Shown here piece by piece: positions 38,638 through 48,917 of a DNA stretch of 64,000 nt. This DNA is from Candidatus Heimdallarchaeota archaeon. GTDB lineage: Archaea; Asgardarchaeota; Heimdallarchaeia; JABLTI01. The notes under the pieces are model-generated. The model worked only from the letters and a program-made list of their open reading frames with translations. It was not told the origin of the DNA and ran no database searches. Position numbers and translations under genes: made by a program. The stretch is taken from NCBI GenBank assembly GCA_030614005.1, contig JAUWKS010000005.1, positions 41,964-105,963 on the forward strand, given 5' to 3'. Positions within the stretch are counted from its first letter, which is position 1, and each line of letters begins with the position of its first letter.

Positions 38638-39732
38638 ATGTCTAATAATTATCTGTCTGAATTGGATCATAATGATATTCGTATTGTTAGCACGCTTGAT
38701 TCTCTTCCACACAGGAGCTCCACAGAAAGAATTAGTGTGGAATTGGATATTCCATCACGGAGCATTCGTTATCGGTTATCGAAATTAAAAGAAAAAAATA
38801 TTCTAAAAGAGCAAACGGTTATTACTCATGAACGAAAGCTCGGCATTCGGGAATCTTTTATTATTATTGAAGAAAATCCCAAATACAGAGAAACATTTCA
38901 GAAAATCATTGGGGAGAATCCTGCTCTAAGCTGGTACGTTCCTACTTCTGGAAAGTTTCAAGGATTTATATTGCATTCAATAAATACAATGAATGTACCA
39001 GATTATCCTCAGCAATTATTAGCACTAATGAAAGAAAACGAGATAGTTAATGATTATTTTCATTTTGAGATAATTGATTATCAGGAATTTGGATGGAACT
39101 ACAATTATTTTAACACAGAAGGGAAATGGATTTGGAATTGGAAGATTTGGGAAGATAATATCAGAAATAAAAATTATAATCAGGAATCAGTCGTGTTTGA
39201 AGAAAACCCTGAAGTAACTAATTTTGATTATCTTGATATTCAAATATTGAAAAATCTCATTCTTTTTGAAAGTATAACGCAAAAGGAGATAGGAAAGAAA
39301 TTAGCACTATCTGAATCACAAATTGGCCGAAGGATTCGTTCAATGGAACAAAGTGGAATTATTCGCGGTTATCGAACTGGTTTCGCACCCTTTTCTGAAA
39401 CTCAAACAGTTATGTGTATGATTAAAATTGGCGATTCCTTTGATCGTATTGTGAATATTCTAAAACAAATCCCATATCCAAAAACAATAGCTTTTGAAAA
39501 TAGACAATCGATTGGTTTTGGTTTTCAAATACCAACCAATGAAATGAAGGGTTTTCTCAATGGACTTCATTGTTTGCGTCCTCTCATAGATTCATACTTT
39601 GTTCAATATCAACTAAGAAGCCCAACTTTCAATCCGCAGATATCTTTTGATTTGTTTGACAAAGGTTCAAATGATTTGAACCGAGTAGTAAAAGAATATG
39701 AACGATCTTTAGAATTCGTTAAAGCAATCTAA
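38638..39732 (+). CDS. Double winged-helix (Lrp/AsnC-like HTH) regulator-like protein, paralogous in architecture to 15086..16534
   Basis: DIRIVSTLDSLPHRSSTERISVELDIPSRSIRYRLSKLKEKNIL and DYLDIQILKNLILFESITQKEIGKKLALSESQIGRRIRSMEQSGIIRGY, with a Trp-rich linker (WIWNWKIWEDN). Confidence 0.5.
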   Translation: MSNNYLSELDHNDIRIVSTLDSLPHRSSTERISVELDIPSRSIRYRLSKLKEKNILKEQTVITHERKLGIRESFIIIEENPKYRETFQKIIGENPALSWYVPTSGKFQGFILHSINTMNVPDYPQQLLALMKENEIVNDYFHFEIIDYQEFGWNYNYFNTEGKWIWNWKIWEDNIRNKNYNQESVVFEENPEVTNFDYLDIQILKNLILFESITQKEIGKKLALSESQIGRRIRSMEQSGIIRGYRTGFAPFSETQTVMCMIKIGDSFDRIVNILKQIPYPKTIAFENRQSIGFGFQIPTNEMKGFLNGLHCLRPLIDSYFVQYQLRSPTFNPQISFDLFDKGSNDLNRVVKEYERSLEFVKAI

Positions 39733-40600
39733 ACATTGGTTCAGCTTTGCGTAGGATTTCACCAAGTTCATTTGCACCATCCTTATTGAAGACTAGCGCA
39801 TCTAGATTGATTTTCTTGTTAGGTTTATTTTTGTATTTCTTAGCTATTTCCTTTAATCCTAATAATGCATTGCTGATAAGTTCAGTATAATTTCTCAATT
39901 TTCGAGCTACAATAATCAATAGCAGATGTGATTCAATCTTGTCTCCTATTTGAATGCATTTTTTGAATGCTTTTGGTATTCGGATAAATAAAGTAAATGG
40001 CAAATTTTTATCAGATAAATATTCTACAATTCCAATTAAATCTTGAATATTGGTAATTAAATTGCTGATTTTCACTTTCTTTTTTGAATGTGGCTCTCCT
40101 TCACTTTCAAATCGCGAAACTAATAAGTAAATATTCAGAATTAAATCTTCGAAATTCTTTTCACTGAAATAATACATTTTTTCATAATCGAAATTACCCT
40201 TTGAAATATAATCTGAAGTGCCAAAAAGACCTGTACTAATATCATATATGAATTTTTGATTATTGATTAAATTTTGAGCTGATTTACAGATGTTTATGAG
40301 TATATCAAAAAAATAATCAGATGCTAAGAGATTTAGTGATGATTGGTAAATTTTCTTTTCTAAAGCCTTCAAATTTTGAATGACTGGTTTTAGGTTCTCA
40401 ACAAACACACTTGAGTGGTAAGTTAAACTCTTAATTTCTTTTAATATTAGCAAACATTCACGAGCTTCGGATGCAATAATGTCAATATTATCTAGCTCAG
40501 CTAAATGCATTTTTTTTAATAGATGAGAATTTTCCTTAATGTGCTTCAAATATTCCATTTCTTGAAAAACGATTCTAACCATTTTTTCTGATATCTCCAT
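39719..40600 (-). CDS. Hypothetical all-helical protein (293 aa)
   Basis: Coding-like ORF overlapping the 3' end of the convergent upstream gene by 14 nt; no motif recognised. Confidence 0.4.
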   Translation of the reverse strand: MEISEKMVRIVFQEMEYLKHIKENSHLLKKMHLAELDNIDIIASEARECLLILKEIKSLTYHSSVFVENLKPVIQNLKALEKKIYQSSLNLLASDYFFDILINICKSAQNLINNQKFIYDISTGLFGTSDYISKGNFDYEKMYYFSEKNFEDLILNIYLLVSRFESEGEPHSKKKVKISNLITNIQDLIGIVEYLSDKNLPFTLFIRIPKAFKKCIQIGDKIESHLLLIIVARKLRNYTELISNALLGLKEIAKKYKNKPNKKINLDALVFNKDGANELGEILRKAEPMFRLL

Positions 40601-40778
40601 TTGATAAATAACTTAACTGAATTATAATTTCTAATCTTTTAAAAAATCTTCCCCAAAACTTATGATTTGTCAAATAGCTATTAACGGATGTCATTTAAAT
40701 ACCTCTCTGAATTAGATAGAATTTATAAAAATGAAAATAATACTATATTCCAATCTGTAACATTAAGAGTGAACAAAG

Positions 40779-42278
40779 ATGGACGAGTACAGCATTGATC
40801 AGATTCAAGAAAAAATGGAAAATGGGGAACTAACAGCAAGGAAAATCATCGAGGTATTTCTAAATAGAATCCAAGAAGTAGACAAAAATGGACCAAAAGT
40901 AAATGCGATTATAGAGATTAATCCTGATGTACTAGATATTGCAGATACTCTCGATAAGGAACGCAAAAACAAGAAAGTTCGTGGACCACTACACGGCATC
41001 CCAGTTGTTATTAAGGATAACATAGAAACGGCAGACAAAATGATGACTACTGCTGGATCTCTTGCTCTCGAAGGGCATATAGCTTCTCAAGATTCATTTA
41101 TTGTTCAGAAACTCAGAGATGCAGGTGCAATCATATTGGCGAAAGCAAACCTCAGTGAGTGGGCTAATTTTCGTTCAACACGTTCTTCCAGTGGTTGGAG
41201 TAGTCGTGGAGGTCAAACATTGAACCCCTATGTTCTTATTAGAAGTCCTTGCGGTTCGAGTTCAGGTTCAGCAGTAGCTGTTGCAGCGAATTTATGCACG
41301 GTAGCAATTGGTACAGAAACAGATGGCTCCGTTATTTGTCCAGCTCAAATAAACTCTGTTGTTGGAATAAAACCCACTGTCGGATTAGTAAGTCGTTCCG
41401 GAATTATTCCTATAAGTCATACTCAAGATACTGCCGGACCAATGGGAAGAACTGTTCGTGATGCAGTTATACTACTAAATGCCCTTGTAGGTGAAGATAC
41501 TCGAGATAGTGCTACAACAAAACATACAAAGAAACTTCCTGAAGATTATACTGAATTTTTGGTGGGAAATGGATTAAAAGGTGCAAGAATAGGCGTTGCT
41601 CGAAATTACTTTGGCAAAAATGATAATGTGGATAAACTAATGGAACAAGCAATTGAGACAATGAAAGATTTGAGTGCAGAGATTATTGATCCAATAGAAA
41701 TTACTACTTTGAAAGATTTTGGAGATTCAGAATTCCAAGTCCTATTATTTGATTTTAAAAATGACTTGAATGCATTTTTAGCTACAACAAGTTCTGGTTG
41801 TAAAAATCGAACCTTGAAAGATATTATTGAATTCAACAAAGAACATAGTGAAGAAGTGATGCCTTATTTTGGGCAAGAGCTACTAATTAAAGCGGAAGAA
41901 AAAGGTCCATTAACAAGTAAGGATTATTTGGAAGCATTAGAGAAATGCGATAAATATGCTCGAAAAGAGGGTCTAGATAAAATTTTGGTTGAAAATAAAC
42001 TTGATGCTATTATTGCTCCGAGTGGGGGAATAGCATGGCCAATAGATTGGGTAAATGGTGACCATTTCACTGGAGGAAGCTCTTCAATTGCTGCAGTAGC
42101 AGGGTACCCAAATATTACTGTTCCATTAGGATATGTTTGGGGTTTACCAGTAGGTATTTCATTCTTTAGTGGCGCATTTCAAGAACCTATTCTGATAAAA
42201 TTAGCTTATGCATTCGAGCAAGCAACCAAAGTTAGGCAGCCACCGAAATTTTTGAAAGAAGTAAATTACGAGAAATAG
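40779..42278 (+). CDS. Amidase-signature (AS) family amidase
   Basis: GIPVVIKDNIETADKMMTTAGS and the AS Ser-cisSer-Lys region GGSSRGG...CGSSSGSAVAVAANL (GGSSGG-type signature). Confidence 0.9.
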   Translation: MDEYSIDQIQEKMENGELTARKIIEVFLNRIQEVDKNGPKVNAIIEINPDVLDIADTLDKERKNKKVRGPLHGIPVVIKDNIETADKMMTTAGSLALEGHIASQDSFIVQKLRDAGAIILAKANLSEWANFRSTRSSSGWSSRGGQTLNPYVLIRSPCGSSSGSAVAVAANLCTVAIGTETDGSVICPAQINSVVGIKPTVGLVSRSGIIPISHTQDTAGPMGRTVRDAVILLNALVGEDTRDSATTKHTKKLPEDYTEFLVGNGLKGARIGVARNYFGKNDNVDKLMEQAIETMKDLSAEIIDPIEITTLKDFGDSEFQVLLFDFKNDLNAFLATTSSGCKNRTLKDIIEFNKEHSEEVMPYFGQELLIKAEEKGPLTSKDYLEALEKCDKYARKEGLDKILVENKLDAIIAPSGGIAWPIDWVNGDHFTGGSSSIAAVAGYPNITVPLGYVWGLPVGISFFSGAFQEPILIKLAYAFEQATKVRQPPKFLKEVNYEK

Positions 42279-42362
42279 GTAAACAATTCATAGAATGTAT
42301 CCTTGGATACTTTTTTGAGGGAATGTATCCAAAATATACCATAAAACACTCAACAACCAATT

Positions 42363-42677
42363 GTGAACAATATGACTGATAAAATATATCGTTCAATAAG
42401 TGAAAATATTATGAATAAAGAAATTACTCTTAGAGGCATTGCTATGGATGCAAAAGGTGGTGCAGTACTCATATTATTCGAGGGAGAAGTAATCTATTTG
42501 CAAAATATGGACAGTTGGGATGATGCTTTATTCAATAAGGGCGTTCTTGTAAAAGGGTTATTGGTTGAAAAAAAATTAATTCCTGATCCTATTGTTGCAA
42601 AAGATGGAGCGATAAGTGCAGGTGCTATTGGCACTCAATATGTTTTAGAGAATGCAAAAGTAATACAGAAAGAATAA
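42363..42677 (+). CDS. Hypothetical small protein (104 aa)
   Basis: ORF only. Confidence 0.3.
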   Translation: MNNMTDKIYRSISENIMNKEITLRGIAMDAKGGAVLILFEGEVIYLQNMDSWDDALFNKGVLVKGLLVEKKLIPDPIVAKDGAISAGAIGTQYVLENAKVIQKE

Positions 42678-42916
42678 GAAACTCTTGACCTCAGAATTTC
42701 TTACAATTTCGTTTTATAGATTACTAGTTGACACTATATTTGTGTATTAATCTTCGCTAGCTTTCATGTTATCCCAGAATTCTTTTGGTGGGTGTGCTAA
42801 ATTCCAATCTACTCGAGTATCATGAATTACTCGAGAGCAATATGGATCTCCTTGAGCAATAGTATGTTCCATTGTTAATATGAAATTTGTCTCATACTAT
42901 TTTTAATTCCTTATTT

Positions 42917-44166
42917 CTAATGATTATTTTTCTTTTTTTTGTAGACTGTTTTTACAACCTTTCTTTTCTTAGAGATATTTTTTCGAGTCTTCAAAGTGTC
43001 TCTTGATTTTGGATAGATGCCTGATGTATTTCTAACCTTATTTTGTAATAACTGAAACGCAAAAGCTGATGTTGAAAAAGTAGTTGCATCAATTGTTTTT
43101 GCAATTTCTGCTAATTCCTCATCAAACATTCGGACAAATAATTCTATTTGAGGATACTTTTTCTTAACTGCTACAGTTAAAATGATTGCATCTGAGAATA
43201 GTTCCTCTGTATTCCAGCAGATATACATCTGAGAAATTTTATTCATATCACATCGTTCTTCTAAGTTCTCAACAAATTGCACTCGTTCCTCAAAAGATGA
43301 ACATTCGGTAAATCTTTGTAGACTTCTGCATCAATTTCAGGATCGATTAGATAGACATTACTTTCTAAATGGTTGCCGAAATAATCAACCATACGAACAA
43401 CAATACTATCATTTTCTAAAACTATTATACTGTTCTCTTTAGTAATCTTCTCACTCCATTTCACAACAGAATTCATCGTCCATTTGGATAAGGAAAAGGT
43501 GTATGCATTCCAAGGTTCGCTAGTTAAATACTCTCTAAAGTGATCATTGAAAACGCGCATATAAAGATCACAGGTACTATTTAGTTCCCTTACTTTTACC
43601 GCTGCAATTAAAGCTCTTCGAAGGTCACTAGTAACACAAATAACTTCCTTACATTTTTTGACTCCAGCAAGTTCCATAATATCAATGTCAGTATAATCTC
43701 CTACAACAACTGGTTGATGAAAATTAATGAGATCTTCAACTTTGGTCATATCTATTTCCACGACGGAATATGGTTGATTGTTCTCTCTAAGATATTCAAC
43801 TACACGCTTCCCTAAATGGTTACATCCTAAAACTACTGTATGATTAGATTTACGAGATGACATTTTCCTGGAACTTATTATTGGATTATATCCATAGAAC
43901 TCTTGTAATGTTGTTAGAATAAATGTTAAGATAAGCAATTCAAACAATAAAGGCCATATGAATTGGTACAAATTGTTCAAGGTTTCACTTGCTTCACTTG
44001 GCTTAACACAAATTGATATCAGTAAAATCTCCCAAAACTTTGCGTCCTTTTCAATGATAAGAAAAGTAATTATCCCTGCTATCCAGAATAATAGAAAAAT
44101 AAGAAATGGTACTCTAAAATTTTTTAATTGATCCCCGAATGTCCTCATTCTGCTACGTGGTTTCAT
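42917..44166 (-). pseudogene. RCK/TrkA-N domain K+-channel-like membrane protein (2 TM helices, one complete RCK_N domain, a second degenerate RCK-like half) split by a +1 frameshift near 43285..43310
   Basis: ORF 43261..44166: TM helices, then Rossmann VVLGCNHLGKRVV ... VVEID ... VVVGDYTD ... NSTCDLYMRVFNDHF. Its C-terminus (VYLIDPEIDAEVYKDLPNVHLL) continues in the other frame as ...ISQMYICWNTEELFSDAIILTVAVKKKYPQIELFVRMFDEELAEI (ORF 42917..43282, GTG-called), which is the second half of an RCK_N-like fold. Confidence 0.5.
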
Positions 44167-44400
44167 ACTCTAGTATTAAACTGTAGAAATATAATAAAGC
44201 TTGTGAAAAAAACCTTTGAAAATATGTATTCATTATACTATGATGTGACTATTATAACCAAAGTTATTCATTGAATGTTTCAAATTTTCATTACATTTCC
44301 AGTCGTTTTTTCTCAATCTGATGAGAATGTTTTTTTAGGTAAATGAAAAATATTCTATTTATACAGATTATTTTAGAGATGAATAAAAGTAGTTGATTAA

Positions 44401-45360
44401 ATGACTTCCTCAATTGATGATTCTGAAGAAAAAAATTACTCCTTCAATTTTAAAAACACTAAATTCAAATATACTGTAGTTTCCGTCAAATTTTTCGACG
44501 AGCTTCAAAAGGACTTGGATAAATTATATCAAAATGAGAATCTTAGTACGCACAAAAATTTCCGTGTCTATATCGACAAGATGAAATTTGTTCTACCGGA
44601 AGATTTTCCCTCAGCAAAGTATGTTATATTATTAGCACGAGAAACTAAGCTTGGGTTAATTGATCTCAATTATGAAGGTAAAAAACACCAGATAATGATC
44701 TCTCCTGGTTATTTTGGTAAATCGAATTATGATCAAAATGAACTAATCGATTACATAAAGACGAATATAACAAAGAGTTCTGATTATAGAATTGAACCTG
44801 TGACAGGCAATTTGCACATAAAATCAATAACTGTTAGAAGTGGGTTGGGTCGATATGGCAGAAACAATTTATGCTATATTGATGAAATGGGTAGTTTCAT
44901 TGCATTACGTGCATACCTCACAGATTTTGATTTTAAAGAAGAAAAATTCTTTGATATGAGATTAATGGATGCTTGCGAGAATTGTCGAATATGTGTTACA
45001 AAATGTCCAACTCAAGCTATTTCTGAAGATAATTCGCCTATAGATGTTGATAGATGTATCACCCTTTATAATGAAAATCCCGGTGAATTGCCAGATTGGA
45101 TAGAACAGCCGTTACATAACGCCTTGTTTGGATGTATGAGTTGTCAAATGTTTTGTCCTGCAAATAAAGACGTAATGAAGAATCCACTTCATTTAGGTGA
45201 ACTCACAGAGGAAGAAACGATGTTACTGTTAAAAGGTACAAAAGACAGTCCTTTGCTTGCTTCAATAAGTGAGAAGCTACAAATTCCAATTGCTAAACAT
45301 CAGGATTATTATCTATCGGTAATTCAAAGAAACCTTAAAGTTCTGTTAGAAAAAAGTTGA
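44401..45360 (+). CDS. Fe-S protein with a QueG/RdhA-type double [4Fe-4S] ferredoxin domain and an uncharacterised N-terminal domain
   Basis: CENCRICVTKCP (Cx2Cx2Cx3CP) and LFGCMSCQMFCP (the GCxxCxxxCP arrangement seen in epoxyqueuosine reductase / reductive dehalogenase Fe-S modules). Confidence 0.55.
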   Translation: MTSSIDDSEEKNYSFNFKNTKFKYTVVSVKFFDELQKDLDKLYQNENLSTHKNFRVYIDKMKFVLPEDFPSAKYVILLARETKLGLIDLNYEGKKHQIMISPGYFGKSNYDQNELIDYIKTNITKSSDYRIEPVTGNLHIKSITVRSGLGRYGRNNLCYIDEMGSFIALRAYLTDFDFKEEKFFDMRLMDACENCRICVTKCPTQAISEDNSPIDVDRCITLYNENPGELPDWIEQPLHNALFGCMSCQMFCPANKDVMKNPLHLGELTEEETMLLLKGTKDSPLLASISEKLQIPIAKHQDYYLSVIQRNLKVLLEKS

Positions 45361-45563
45361 TAATAGATTTTCCTGAGCTAAATCAATTATTTGGATACCT
45401 TTATTTACATAAAACTGTAATACAATTACAGACAATCAGTCGAGATTAGCGGTAACGATATTTCAGATACTTACCTCTCTGATACAATCGTACTAATAAT
45501 CGCAAAGGAAGGCATTCGTACTTCTGCAAGGTTGATTTGTCAATTTACAAAGAGGTATAGCTG

Positions 45564-47174
45564 ATGAACAATAATACTCGCAAAGAGATATTAGAACAAA
45601 TTGCAGAAGGAATAATTTCTGCAGATGAAGGTTTTAGACTTCTTCAAAAATTTGAACGAGCAGATGCTGAAATTTCACATCTGGTTAACATCAATTCTCA
45701 TACGCCCGTTTCAACAGATGTTTTTAATGAAATATCTACAAACATTGCACCTTATATTAAACCAGAATTTTTGCTTGCATTACGCGAATTTAATTTCGAA
45801 GAAGGTATCACTCACTATGAGTTAAAAGAATTCATTTTGAAAGAGCTCAATAACGATTATCAGAAAGCTATAGCCAAATATGGTTATAAGAAACTCTCCA
45901 AGGATGACCTCTACAGTTTTCTAACAAATGGCATCACCCCAGAATATTTGTATGAGTTAAAAAGACGTGGCTATTCCGATATTCCAATATCTCAATTGAT
46001 CAAGATGGGCATTCACAATGTCGAAGTAGATTTTATTGATGATTTGAAGGACCAAGGTTATGATGGTTTATCTCCAAATCAATTAGTAAAAATGTCTCTA
46101 CGAGATGTCACACCCGACTTTATTTCTACATTAAAAGAACTCGGTTATCAAAATCTTTCTGTTAATCAATTAGTGAAACTTCAAAGTGCAGGGATAACTG
46201 CCAAATATATTATTGAACTTGAAAAGGCAGGATTTAGTGAACTTGCCCCCAGTATTTTGTTAAGTTTAATCACTGCAGGTGTAGATAAGGAATTTATCAA
46301 AAAAGCACGAAAGGAATTTGGAAAAGATATTCCATTAAACCAAATCCTGAAAATGAAAAAATATAGTGTAACAGATTCTTTCGTAAAAGAAATGAAAAGT
46401 TTGGGTTATGATAATCTCTCACCAAACCGTTTTGTTGAATTGAAAAAGAGTGGTGTAGATACCGGTCCAATAACAAATTTGGAATCTCTAGGCTACTCCA
46501 ATATTTCAGTCGATACTTTGTTGGAACTACAAAAACATGATGTTTCTATGAACTATATCAATAAAGTTCTTGATGCTGGGTTGAAAGTTAAGGATATTGA
46601 AGATTTTATCGAACTTTCAAATCATGATGTTTCACCACGGTTTATTGAACATGTAATGAAATTAGATCTAAATATCAAGGATATTGATGACCTAATCGAA
46701 CTCTCAAGTCATGATGTTTCTATTGAATATATTCAGAAATTGAAAGATAGAAATATCCAAATAAAAAATATCGATGAATTGGTAGAATTTGCAAGTCATG
46801 GCGTTACTCCAGAATATATTAGCAAACTTCAAAATGCGGGTTTGAAAATCAAAGATTTAGATGAATTGGTTGAATTAGCTAGTCATGATGTATCTCCACA
46901 ATTTATCATTGATTTACAACAATCTGGTTATGGAAAATTTGACATCGATGATATTATAGAATTACATGATAATGGAATAGATGTTAAATTCATGACAAAA
47001 ATAGCTGAACTCGGGTATTCTAAACTTGATGTTGACCAACTGATCGAGTTCCATAATCATGATATCGATGCAGCATTCATTCAAGCGCTTAAGAATAAAG
47101 GAATAAAAAAACTTACTCCTGATAAACTCATTGAAGCAAAAGAAAATGATTTATTGAATTTCTTTGATGATTGA
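45564..47174 (+). CDS. Tandem-repeat protein: N-terminal ~110-aa domain followed by ~14 consecutive 29-residue repeats (predicted alpha-solenoid)
   Basis: Units such as PNQLVKMSLRDVTPDFISTLKELGYQNLS / VNQLVKLQSAGITAKYIIELEKAGFSELA / IDELVEFASHGVTPEYISKLQNAGLKIKD / LDELVELASHDVSPQFIIDLQQSGYGKFD. SD AGAGGT precedes the ATG. Confidence 0.7.
   Translation: MNNNTRKEILEQIAEGIISADEGFRLLQKFERADAEISHLVNINSHTPVSTDVFNEISTNIAPYIKPEFLLALREFNFEEGITHYELKEFILKELNNDYQKAIAKYGYKKLSKDDLYSFLTNGITPEYLYELKRRGYSDIPISQLIKMGIHNVEVDFIDDLKDQGYDGLSPNQLVKMSLRDVTPDFISTLKELGYQNLSVNQLVKLQSAGITAKYIIELEKAGFSELAPSILLSLITAGVDKEFIKKARKEFGKDIPLNQILKMKKYSVTDSFVKEMKSLGYDNLSPNRFVELKKSGVDTGPITNLESLGYSNISVDTLLELQKHDVSMNYINKVLDAGLKVKDIEDFIELSNHDVSPRFIEHVMKLDLNIKDIDDLIELSSHDVSIEYIQKLKDRNIQIKNIDELVEFASHGVTPEYISKLQNAGLKIKDLDELVELASHDVSPQFIIDLQQSGYGKFDIDDIIELHDNGIDVKFMTKIAELGYSKLDVDQLIEFHNHDIDAAFIQALKNKGIKKLTPDKLIEAKENDLLNFFDD
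45890..47170 (+). repeat. 87-nt period tandem coding repeats (29 codons, ~14 copies) inside 45564..47174
   Basis: Periodicity read from the translation; approximate boundaries. Confidence 0.6.
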
Positions 47175-47553
47175 ATGATACTGTAAATGAAAAAGGGTTA
47201 TTAAATTGACTAATCCTTTTTTTACTTTCTTTTTTCCACCAAAAGCAATCTTAAAAAAAGTTAATCCTCCCATTATATTAGCTTAATTCCACATTTATGG
47301 TATTTCTGCAGATTTCATTCACTCTCTGTTTGAAAATCCTAAAATTCTATTACAATGTGGACAAGTATACATAAACACACTATATCTAGTATGTTTTATT
47401 AATGGAGTTTCCACATGTTTTTCCCAATAAGGACAAAGCAGGTGGTTTTTGTTCTGATAGTTTCTTAGACATATTTATCAAGAAATTGACTATTTTCTAA
47501 TTGCATTGTTGATTTGCAGTAATTAAAGGTTTTTTACAAAACAACAAACAATT

Positions 47554-48753
47554 TTACTTCTGTAAATCTTCAATAGAATCTATTGTAATTTTCTGTAAAC
47601 ATATAGGGCATTTACCTTGTGTTTTTAACCATTCGAAGAGATGGGTAAGATGGGCTTTGGATTCACAGAGAGGACATTGACCAATTTCTTGATTTTGTGA
47701 AATAGGTAATTTGCAAACAGAACATTTGAGGGTTTCCTTGTTGCAATTTGAGCAAATTTTCTGAGTTTTAGAAATCGGGCTCATGCAATAATAACATACA
47801 AGTCCATTTCTTGCTTCTTTAAAGTTAAATATATTATCAATTTCAGCTCTAAATTGAGAATCGCCCAATAACATATTTTGAAGATCTTTCTCTTGTCGTC
47901 CTCTTTCGTTTATGATTAAATGTCTCGAGCCACTCTTACTATCAAATCGAGCTATCCAAAATAAATGGTAAAAAGTATCAACATTTTCAAATTTGGTTAT
48001 TTTGAAATCCTTTTTAATTTTCAAAGCATTTCTCATACCAAGAAACCATTGCCTTTTGAATTTCTCCACAATGCTATTCTGTATAGCAATCTTACCATTT
48101 GCTTCTTTTCTTAATTTTCTCGTTTGGTTTTTGAAATCAGTAGCTTGTTGTCTGTATTCTTTGTATTCAGGCGATGATTTATTAGAGGAGTACATTTCAG
48201 CATTTTTTTGAGCAATGTCTGCTTTTTGTTGAAGAGTGTCAGCTTCTGTAAATAATGGTTGCACTTCTTCTCTAGTTTTTTCTAAATCCAATACTAACTC
48301 ATCATGACGGTGAATATATATTTCAAATAAGCTAGTATAAACAATGCTAGGATCTAAAAACTGAATCACGGGTACATTAATAGTATACGAACCTAAAAGG
48401 TGCAAAAGCCTTTTTTCCTCTTTTGAATAAATCAATGTTAATGCTTTTCTTCCTCCTTTATCCAGTAAAAGTTTCTGAACAAAAGGAAATGAAAATTTAC
48501 CCAACATAAAATTACTTCTTGTATGAATTTTAGTTGAAGTATCAATAGGAGAATTCTGTTTTGTGTAGCTAATCTCAAATTGCCGTACTGGCCATAACAC
48601 TGGTTTGAGATAGGTTAATTTTTCAATTATTTTTCTCTGTAAGAGCCCCCCTTTCTTCCGATGCCTTTCGACTATTTCTTTGATTTTACTTTTCTCTAAA
48701 TTATTCTGAATAACGCGATAACTCACACGGGAAGGCTCCTGGAGAAAATTCAT
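47554..48753 (-). CDS. Coiled-coil protein with C-terminal zinc-ribbon plus RING-H2/PHD-like cross-brace zinc finger
   Basis: C-terminus CYYC-x9-CSNC (ribbon), then CSVC-x12-CPLC-x4-HLTH-x3-WL-x5-CPIC, i.e. Cx2C-x12-Cx2C-x4-Hx2H-x10-Cx2C with the WL....CPxC signature typical of RING-H2 fingers. Confidence 0.55.
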   Translation of the reverse strand: MNFLQEPSRVSYRVIQNNLEKSKIKEIVERHRKKGGLLQRKIIEKLTYLKPVLWPVRQFEISYTKQNSPIDTSTKIHTRSNFMLGKFSFPFVQKLLLDKGGRKALTLIYSKEEKRLLHLLGSYTINVPVIQFLDPSIVYTSLFEIYIHRHDELVLDLEKTREEVQPLFTEADTLQQKADIAQKNAEMYSSNKSSPEYKEYRQQATDFKNQTRKLRKEANGKIAIQNSIVEKFKRQWFLGMRNALKIKKDFKITKFENVDTFYHLFWIARFDSKSGSRHLIINERGRQEKDLQNMLLGDSQFRAEIDNIFNFKEARNGLVCYYCMSPISKTQKICSNCNKETLKCSVCKLPISQNQEIGQCPLCESKAHLTHLFEWLKTQGKCPICLQKITIDSIEDLQK

Positions 48754-48917
48754 CTTAATATTTTACTTCAGATTGATTTTCAAGTAGAATTAAATGGATA
48801 TTCATGTTATTTAAACATGATAATACCTCTATTTTGAAGAAAAAGTGATTTCTTCATTTACTAACTCTTTGTTTAATTACCAACTGTTTTTAAAGCTAAT
48901 TTGCACTTAATTTCAAT

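Noticed and set aside
44401-45360. Calling the Fe-S protein epoxyqueuosine reductase QueG
   Set aside because: Only the C-terminal double-cluster motif pattern matches. The N-terminal domain was not recognisable as DUF1730, and queuosine metabolism would be unexpected if the host is archaeal. It is annotated generically instead.
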